The notes below the pieces were generated by a model. The model had not been told where the DNA came from, did no database searches, and was given only the letters and a program-made list of their open reading frames with translations. The position numbers and the translations under genes are program-made. A stretch of 64,000 nt of DNA, taken from IMG/VR virus record IMGVR_UViG_3300010400_000002, positions 14,309 to 78,308 of that record; one strand, given 5' to 3'. Positions 57,488 through 64,000 of this stretch are shown here, piece by piece (positions within the stretch are counted from its first letter, which is position 1; every line of letters starts with the position of its first letter). Origin of the DNA: a virus.

Positions 57488-58386
57488 GCTCAATACTGTT
57501 GCATTTATTGTGCCTATTCTTATTGTATAGCGATCCACAGTGTATACCAATAAGCTCCACACGTCGCAATACCACAGCCCCAATACGTCGCTATACTATA
57601 CGATCCACAGTGCGCTATATGTGGCGCTCCATAACGCGCTATACAACGGAACTGTAACTACTTGCCATAACATACTACCGATTTGAGGATCATTTATTAA
57701 CTCCGGTTTATACTTGTATCCATATTCAAACTACATTGTATTGTTTCATATGGCTAAAAATACCCTTCAAGGATAGATTTTGGTAACGTGTGGTATTCTC
57801 CAACACCATCTATTATCCACACGTTACGCACATATGGATAATGAGATGTAACCGATACAAGGCTGTAACAATCAGGAGCAAAGGCACAAATAAGCCTATC
57901 AACGAAGCACAACGGTTAACAACTATCCACATTCAACAAAGGTGCTTACTCAGGTATCAACCAACATTAGATCGTCCCGCTAATGCAAAGTAAACACCAT
58001 GTCAATGTGGCAATAACTGTCATTGTGTCCTGAATAGTAGCCAATGCCCATTTATCACCGTTCCATTTGTTTCGAGTAATCAAGATCAGGTCCGTTCCTG
58101 GTTGCTTCATCCTTTCAGCTTTGCGCCAGTCAATCCTCCATCGATCGCCACAGATTGCTTCAAGTGCCTATTGGCGGAAAAAAGTAAAGTTTGATGGCGG
58201 GGGTATAAGGCAAGTAAGGGTACTTCGGCTGTAGGGGGTAGGGTTACCCCCAAAATCAGACAATACCATGTACAAATAAATAACATAACCGTCACATAAA
58301 GAATCAGGGAACGACCTTGCCCTCTGTGTGCATTCCCCCCGGACTGCACCTCAGCGTCGTTTTACTCGTTAGGCGAAAAGAATTAT

Positions 58387-58394
58387 TACCTTTG
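58387..58394 (+). promoter_or_regulatory. -7 promoter box (leaderless)
   Basis: TACCTTTG-TCGA-ATG. Confidence 0.55.
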
Positions 58395-58398
58395 TCGA

Positions 58399-58611
58399 AT
58401 GGTAGAAGGATTAGACTCTTATTTGAAAGAAATGTGCAAGAAACGAAAGGAAGAAAAACTTAGTGGGACATGGTATGGGTGGTGGTGTGATGACCTTCCT
58501 CTTGAATCAAATGCCTCTGGATTCCATGTTACTGGTTACAGTGACCCTGAACCGTTCAGGTATGTCAAGCAGAGTAAAGAGCAGAAGGGATTGAACTACG
58601 TTGGAGATTGA
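58399..58611 (+). CDS. hypothetical protein
   Basis: ATG 4 nt after a promoter box. Confidence 0.45.
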   Translation: MVEGLDSYLKEMCKKRKEEKLSGTWYGWWCDDLPLESNASGFHVTGYSDPEPFRYVKQSKEQKGLNYVGD

Positions 58612-58806
58612 CGAAACCTGATGTTAGGGATATGGTTGGGGGTTACAGGGGAAAAGTACCGTTTACGCAATAGAAATGTAAATGACTGGTTGGGAAATAT
58701 TCTTCATAGGGGGATTTCAATTTGTCGGTGTTCATGTTCAGGTTTTTGAACATTCAGTTGTGTACAAATAACTGTTCATCGCACATTAAATGTACTTTGT
58801 ACGGCT

Positions 58807-58814
58807 TACATTTG
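58807..58814 (+). promoter_or_regulatory. -7 promoter box (leaderless)
   Basis: TACATTTG-TCGC-ATG. Confidence 0.55.
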
Positions 58815-58818
58815 TCGC

Positions 58819-59322
58819 ATGAATACCGATGAAATTATTGAGGATGTCACTGAAATAGATGGTGCTGTAAATCCCTTCATCTACAATGTAACTTTCGACT
58901 ATGTTGAGCATACCCAGATAACGGTTATCGCCGGAAAGGAGTTCAAGCGGGTGGTAAATGTAGAAGAAATTAAATATACCAAGTTATTCCATGTTGGAGA
59001 GGGGCAACGGCGCAAGATCACCGAACTTAACTCAGGCTCCTTTCGGTTGCTGATGATAATAGCAATGTCCATGGCTCCGAATACTGACAGAATCCGCATT
59101 TTTACCAATAAGTACATGCAAGAAATGAGAATTAACAGCCGGACATCGTTTAATACTGCTGTTAATGGGCTTATAGGCGCAAGCATCCTTACCCACTACA
59201 AGAAAAACATCTATTGGGTAAACACGCAAATACTGTTTAACGGAGATCGCCTGAAGAAATATCCCGGGAAGGGGCATGAAGTAGGAAAGAAGGAATATTA
59301 CTTAAAAAGCACAGAATATTGA
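58819..59322 (+). CDS. RepL-like winged-helix protein
   Basis: SRTSFNTAVNGLI..IL....NIYWVNTQILFNGDR. Confidence 0.65.
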   Translation: MNTDEIIEDVTEIDGAVNPFIYNVTFDYVEHTQITVIAGKEFKRVVNVEEIKYTKLFHVGEGQRRKITELNSGSFRLLMIIAMSMAPNTDRIRIFTNKYMQEMRINSRTSFNTAVNGLIGASILTHYKKNIYWVNTQILFNGDRLKKYPGKGHEVGKKEYYLKSTEY

Positions 59323-60176
59323 TGATTGACGTATCAAATTTTGCGATAACTCAATTACCGACTGCTATTAATCGCATATCGGCTTGCTATATCCTATTCT
59401 ACCATGGTCAAATGGTTTACATCGGAGAAACCAATAACCTACTGCAGCGGATCCAAACCCACCAAAATGATAAGATTTTTGATGAAGTGAGGCATGAGCC
59501 CGTAACTGATGATAAAGGAGTAAGAATCACAAGAGAAAAGGCTTTGATTCAAGAATTTCGCCCAATATTGTCGGGCCAGTATGGGGGCTCAAGAGATCAA
59601 TTTGTATTTATTGATGATGCCGTGTTTACAGCTTACAACCGGAAGTCCTGTTATATTGATGGAAACCGATTACTCAATCCACAGCGGGAGCACATAGGCT
59701 ATATCCATGGTCGCGTATTGCTTTACTTCCATGGCAATGAAGGTGTGAAACACTTCCTTGATGAAGGACGGGTACAACACAAAATAGCAGCGGGCCTGAA
59801 TAAGTCAAAGCCATGGCATGAAAGGTATGGCTACGATGAAAAACATCACAAATTCTTCGATAAAGAAGAAGAATACGGCAAAAAGATCATGGCCGCCGCC
59901 ATGGCTAATCAAAAATGCTGTGCCCGATGCAAAACCCCGATAAGTCCCCCGAAAGGTAAGGAGTGGCGAACACTGTGTTGGGCATGCTTTCAGCGAACCA
60001 AGTTGGAGAAGGAACAGCAAAGTATCTACCTTCGTAACTGTGACAACTGCGGAAAGTCTTTCAAGCCACGGTTTAATGGTATGAGCATTTGTCCGAAGTG
60101 CCATGGACGGAGTAGGGATTTCGCGAAAGACATTATCAGATTCAATGTTTCAAAATTCACGCATTCAAAAAATTAA
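59322..60176 (+). CDS. GIY-YIG-domain protein with C-terminal Zn ribbons
   Basis: ACYIL...VYIGETNNLLQRIQTH...EKALIQEFRP; four CxxC motifs. Confidence 0.7.
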   Translation: MIDVSNFAITQLPTAINRISACYILFYHGQMVYIGETNNLLQRIQTHQNDKIFDEVRHEPVTDDKGVRITREKALIQEFRPILSGQYGGSRDQFVFIDDAVFTAYNRKSCYIDGNRLLNPQREHIGYIHGRVLLYFHGNEGVKHFLDEGRVQHKIAAGLNKSKPWHERYGYDEKHHKFFDKEEEYGKKIMAAAMANQKCCARCKTPISPPKGKEWRTLCWACFQRTKLEKEQQSIYLRNCDNCGKSFKPRFNGMSICPKCHGRSRDFAKDIIRFNVSKFTHSKN

Positions 60177-60341
60177 AATGGCTGTTACGTTTACATGGTA
60201 CACTTCGACCAGTTTCACATTGACTGAGGAACCGAGAACGCCCTGTCTGGACAACAGGGGCTTCCAGCAAAAAAGTGAGAACGGATTTCATCGTACCGTT
60301 CCCTACGAAAAAAGCAGCCATTTTTTTAAACAATAATAACA

Positions 60342-60707
60342 ATGATACACCTCAAAGAAAAATCAGCTTCCCGGTGGCTTACTGACTTGCACCCTGGTAT
60401 TCAATTGGAGAAAAATTCAGAAGCAGGCAATAAGCAGGTCATAGCAATGGAGCATTATGCTGTGTATCAGTTGGAGTTATGGGAAAAGCAAGGTAAATGG
60501 ATTTCAGTTGAGAATGAATTGCCGGAAGATTCAGGTAGATATTTATGCTCATTCAAATCAATTGCAGGCTCAATGTTTATAGTGATTGCCTTTTTTTCAA
60601 AAGAAGATCACGGAGTATGGCTAAACACTGAGGATAAATGGAATAAAATTGTTAGCAGTAACACCTATTGGATGCCACTTCCTGAACCGCCATTGCTAAA
60701 GAAATGA
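60342..60707 (+). CDS. DUF551-like protein
   Basis: WISVENELPE...YL...YWMPLPEPP. Confidence 0.75.
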   Translation: MIHLKEKSASRWLTDLHPGIQLEKNSEAGNKQVIAMEHYAVYQLELWEKQGKWISVENELPEDSGRYLCSFKSIAGSMFIVIAFFSKEDHGVWLNTEDKWNKIVSSNTYWMPLPEPPLLKK

Positions 60708-60881
60708 ACGATAAGCCCCGCGACAACGGCAAACCATTGTCGGGCGTTAGTGAGATACGTTGCCCAACTCACTACTTCCCTTTGGGTTAAGAAGGTGGCA
60801 TGCCGGAATAGACGGCAATTTTTAAAACGTGAATGGCTTACGCCGGAGGGAAAGAATCCGGCACTATTTAAAAACAACAAC

Positions 60882-61358
60882 ATGAAAGCAAACGAATTGA
60901 GGCTTGGAAATAAGATTAAGGCATGTGCTGATTTTAATGATGATGTGAATTTGAGAGATAGGATTTTCACAGTAGTCGAATTACATGAAGATGGATTGGT
61001 TCCAGACAATGACTTTAATGGTATGGAAGGTGAAGAGTGGAGTTACGAAAATTTTGATGGCATTCCAATTACTGAAGAACTATTGTTGAAGTTCTGGTTT
61101 TCAAAATATAAAGACAGCCATATTTATACCATTCGATTTCCAACAACTGATCTTAAAAAATTAGCAACCTTTAAGTATAGAGGTAATGAATGGGCAATTG
61201 GATTTGCAGATTACTATACAGGGAGAGAAAAATCAGAAACATTGCCAACACTAATTAAATATATTCACCAACTGCAAAATTTGTATTTCAGTTTGACAGG
61301 CGAAGAACTTGTTTTAACCCCTTCCTCGGAAGGTTCAGTTAAAGGAGAAAAATTATGA
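60882..61358 (+). CDS. ANELR..IPITEE..HQLQNLY family, paralogue 2
   Basis: Start MKANELRLGN; motifs shared with 28703-29155. Confidence 0.7.
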   Translation: MKANELRLGNKIKACADFNDDVNLRDRIFTVVELHEDGLVPDNDFNGMEGEEWSYENFDGIPITEELLLKFWFSKYKDSHIYTIRFPTTDLKKLATFKYRGNEWAIGFADYYTGREKSETLPTLIKYIHQLQNLYFSLTGEELVLTPSSEGSVKGEKL

Positions 61359-61825
61359 AAGTTATTTTCTTGGACGTAGATGGAGTGATTTCAATTCCTA
61401 AAACGGGATGGTGCGTGCCTTCTGAACAATGGCATGATGAATTTGGTTATCCGACTGATAAGGATTGTATTGCCCGATTGAATAAAATAATTGAAGCAAC
61501 TGGCGCTGAGATAGTTTTTTCATCATCATGGCGATTGCAGTACAAAAGCAAAGAAGGAAAAGAAAAATTATTCAATCATTGGGGAGTGATAAAAGCGCCA
61601 ATAGACCACACGATACTTCTTGGCAATGGATTGAGTTGTCGAGGTGATGAAATACAACGATGGTTAGATCAGTGTGATACCACTATTGAAAGTTTTGTTA
61701 TTCTTGATGATGATTCAGATATGCTCGAAGATCAAAAACCATTTTTTATAAATACGGATGGTATTGATGGATTAACAGATGCAGATGTTGAACGTGCAAT
61801 AGTAATTCTTAACCCTTCCCCCTAG
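61355..61825 (+). CDS. HAD-superfamily phosphatase (HAD_SAK_2-like)
   Basis: IFLDVDGV, IVFSSSWR, RGDEIQRWL, FVILDDDSD, GLT. Confidence 0.85.
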   Translation: MKVIFLDVDGVISIPKTGWCVPSEQWHDEFGYPTDKDCIARLNKIIEATGAEIVFSSSWRLQYKSKEGKEKLFNHWGVIKAPIDHTILLGNGLSCRGDEIQRWLDQCDTTIESFVILDDDSDMLEDQKPFFINTDGIDGLTDADVERAIVILNPSP

Positions 61826-61842
61826 AACCAAAACGAAGTGAA

Positions 61843-62079
61843 ATGAGAATAGAATTAGAAGCAGAGTTTCTTTTCGAACTTGCAAGTAAGCAGGACTGGG
61901 TGAATAATGTTCCTCAGATACTTCCTAAAAAAATAAGACCGGCTGAATCATGGGTTTGGCTTGATGTGAATGGGCACGTATTTGAAATAGGTGTAGATTT
62001 CGAAGCGGCTGAAAAACAAGCAACATATCCATGTAAAGTTTACCGATTGATTAGTGTTTCATCCAACTCTTCCAAATGA
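61843..62079 (+). CDS. hypothetical protein
   Basis: 78-aa operon ORF. Confidence 0.55.
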   Translation: MRIELEAEFLFELASKQDWVNNVPQILPKKIRPAESWVWLDVNGHVFEIGVDFEAAEKQATYPCKVYRLISVSSNSSK

Positions 62080-62483
62080 GCACCCCCCTAACAAGTAAAG
62101 ACCTGCGCGTCGGAAATATCATCAAGGATAACAAGGGAAATGAGATCGTTGTCACTGGAAAAGTGCTGTTCGACTTGTGGTCATCGGAGCAATGGTCAAC
62201 GAAGGCTCATGGGTATAGCGGGGTGGAGTTGACGGAGGAAAGACTTTTGCAATTTGGGTTTAGGTGCATTGATAAAGAAGATAAAGCTTACTGCATAGGC
62301 TTTAAAAACAATGATGATGGTTCATATAGTTGCGATTTTGAAGTGAATATAAACGATGATAATAGTTGGCACTTAGAATTAAGTTCTGTTGAAATTTTTA
62401 CTGTACATCATCTCCAAAATGTTTTCTTCGCTCTCACTGGCTCCGACCTTTCCATCACCGAAAATAAAACGCAGGCAAGATGA
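62076..62483 (+). CDS. DLRVGN..ELTEE..HHLQN family, paralogue 3
   Basis: Motifs shared with 28703 and 60882. Confidence 0.7.
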   Translation: MSTPLTSKDLRVGNIIKDNKGNEIVVTGKVLFDLWSSEQWSTKAHGYSGVELTEERLLQFGFRCIDKEDKAYCIGFKNNDDGSYSCDFEVNINDDNSWHLELSSVEIFTVHHLQNVFFALTGSDLSITENKTQAR

Positions 62484-62701
62484 TTGTAAAATACATTGAC
62501 CGCAGGCTGACCAACACCGTCGAGTTTTATGATGTGGATTTCTTAATCAGGGAAAAGAAAGTGACATTGAGGGTACAATCAGAGAAAGGTAAAATAATCC
62601 GCTGGGAATTTTCTGATTTGCCACCAATTGACGTTTGGTTAATGACGCATAATGAGCGCAAGGAAATTGATTCAATTCTAAATGATGAATTCGAACTATG
62701 A
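62480..62701 (+). CDS. hypothetical protein
   Basis: Overlapping-operon ORF. Confidence 0.45.
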   Translation: MIVKYIDRRLTNTVEFYDVDFLIREKKVTLRVQSEKGKIIRWEFSDLPPIDVWLMTHNERKEIDSILNDEFEL

Positions 62702-62813
62702 AACGCCTCCTTCAAAACCTGCTCACAAAAGATAACCTCAACGAGTTCATGTCGTGGCTTTCGATATTTGCATTCATCGCACTTTTGTTTTGGCTTGCTT
62801 CAATAATCTTCTT

Positions 62814-63023
62814 ATGAAAAACACTTCCTTCAATACCATCCAGTGCGGAATTGTTACTGTGCTACAAGTAGAAGAAAGCGCAGAGGATTTCCTTGAACGC
62901 ACCGAAAAGAAAATGCTCAATCAGTTTCAGGAAACTTCTGAACGATTGATGTACACGGCACAGGAAGGAAGTTTGCTTGACAGAATTTGGAAAGGTGAAA
63001 ATGTAACGGCTGCGGTAAAATGA
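62814..63023 (+). CDS. hypothetical protein
   Basis: ATG at 62814; overlaps the next gene. Confidence 0.4.
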   Translation: MKNTSFNTIQCGIVTVLQVEESAEDFLERTEKKMLNQFQETSERLMYTAQEGSLLDRIWKGENVTAAVK

Positions 63024-63631
63024 TGACCAAAGAACTCTCTGACCGTCTCAATGCCATGCGCAAGGCGAATCCTATTCGCAAGCCTCGCGTTGGTGCTTCA
63101 GAGAGAATATTACTTCGCCAACTGCATGACCTGATTTTAGAGAAGTACGGAACACTCGAACGATTCTGCCGTGTATTTCATTATCGTTTTCGTCTGGTAG
63201 ATACCTTTTTATCAAGATCAAAATTCTTCAACAGGACAATGTATGATATTGTCTATGACCAGGTACTCAACAGTCCTATTGACGTGAACAGGGATGGAGA
63301 GTTGCTTGATAAGGTGATAAAAAAATATTGCGGTGGACATAAAAAGTTTTGTGCTGACTTATTCATACGTGAGAGCACCCTTGAGAAGTTCATCACCAAC
63401 CCTAAGAGCAGCGGATTTCGGAGTGTGGCTTACAAAGCATATAGCCATGCATTACATAAGATAGAAAAGATTGACGAATACATCAGCAAGGAAGCACCGG
63501 CTAAGTTTATGATTCAGGAGCAAGTGCAACGGCGCAACATTGATAAACTAAAACGGGAGACACGTAAGAAACGGAAGCATGATTTCAAACTGGACTTACT
63601 CAAACAGTTAAAGAATAGCAGATACCAATGA
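63020..63631 (+). CDS. basic protein with two HTH-like repeats
   Basis: KYGTLERFC..F and KYCGGHKKFCADL internal duplication. Confidence 0.5.
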   Translation: MMTKELSDRLNAMRKANPIRKPRVGASERILLRQLHDLILEKYGTLERFCRVFHYRFRLVDTFLSRSKFFNRTMYDIVYDQVLNSPIDVNRDGELLDKVIKKYCGGHKKFCADLFIRESTLEKFITNPKSSGFRSVAYKAYSHALHKIEKIDEYISKEAPAKFMIQEQVQRRNIDKLKRETRKKRKHDFKLDLLKQLKNSRYQ

Positions 63632-63663
63632 AAATAATTCACTCCTTAAACCAAAATAACCCT

Positions 63664-64000
63664 ATGCGGATCACAGTACCAAGACAACAGTTTCTCTCCT
63701 TCGACTCACAGATTCAATCGCTGCTCGGAACCATCGAAGGCTACTGGCATCAGACCGATGCACAGCGATTCTACAACCTGAATAAAGAAGAACTCAAGCG
63801 TACCAAAAGCAAACGGTGGCACATCAGCAAACACCACTACGAAACGGAGATTGCCGAAGGTGGCGCAGAAAGAATTAAGTTTGTGGAGACGGAAGAACTG
63901 GATCAGGCAGGAAATAAAATCAAGAAAGCGGTGTTGAAGGAAGGGCATACCGACGAACAGCACGACGAGGAGATGATGGCATTCTTAAATGAGTTAGTGG
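63664..64000 (+). CDS. hypothetical protein (3' partial)
   Basis: Frame MRITVPRQQF... is open to the window end. Confidence 0.45.
   Translation, partial: MRITVPRQQFLSFDSQIQSLLGTIEGYWHQTDAQRFYNLNKEELKRTKSKRWHISKHHYETEIAEGGAERIKFVETEELDQAGNKIKKAVLKEGHTDEQHDEEMMAFLNELV

Noticed and set aside
58225-58260. Self-target of array tract 1 in a G-rich stretch
   Set aside because: Only 2-3 dinucleotides fit the gapped pattern; a full self-target search still needs computation
1-64000. Stop-codon reassignment as in some crAss-like phages
   Set aside because: Long genes are intact and densely packed in the standard code; no suppressor tRNA
1-64000. Integrase, att site or host flank (prophage)
   Set aside because: No recombinase or host housekeeping genes seen; lifestyle cannot be determined from this window

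Overview
64-kb segment of a Bacteroidota (Bacteroidetes)-infecting dsDNA phage with a crAss-like podovirus virion module. Host assignment rests on TAnnTTTG promoter boxes and Bacteroidota-phage protein families. Layout: (1) 1-33236, + strand: scaffold-like protein, major capsid, ring/adaptor and muzzle proteins, three cargo proteins (one of 2368 aa), fibres and two glycoside-hydrolase-like proteins, then a membrane/lysis-like cluster containing a stand-alone PAS domain. (2) 33301-57490, - strand: MT-A70 methyltransferase, HNH/GIY-YIG nucleases, MazG-like protein, DnaB-like helicase with a putative initiator, TOPRIM protein, YopX, exonuclease-HNH fusion, Sak4-like ATPase and many small ORFs. 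(3) A ~0.9-kb non-coding divergence region. (4) A second + strand block. The standout is 33301-34720: an autonomous operon of promoter, solo RAMP/Cas7-like gene, non-coding array and terminator, with no other cas genes or CRISPR repeats in the window. The array has six tracts of 5-nt-periodic GGY-NN units separated by covarying hairpins. Read as codon positions 1+2 with the wobble base skipped, the variable dinucleotides of three tracts spell recognisable protein motifs: a DUF2188 C-terminus, a Bacteroidota HTH_17/excisionase and an ImmA/IrrE HExxH. This points to a gapped-code RNA-guided system, resembling my recollection of VIPR, aimed at other mobile elements. All family calls are by-eye motif recognition; no database searches were run.
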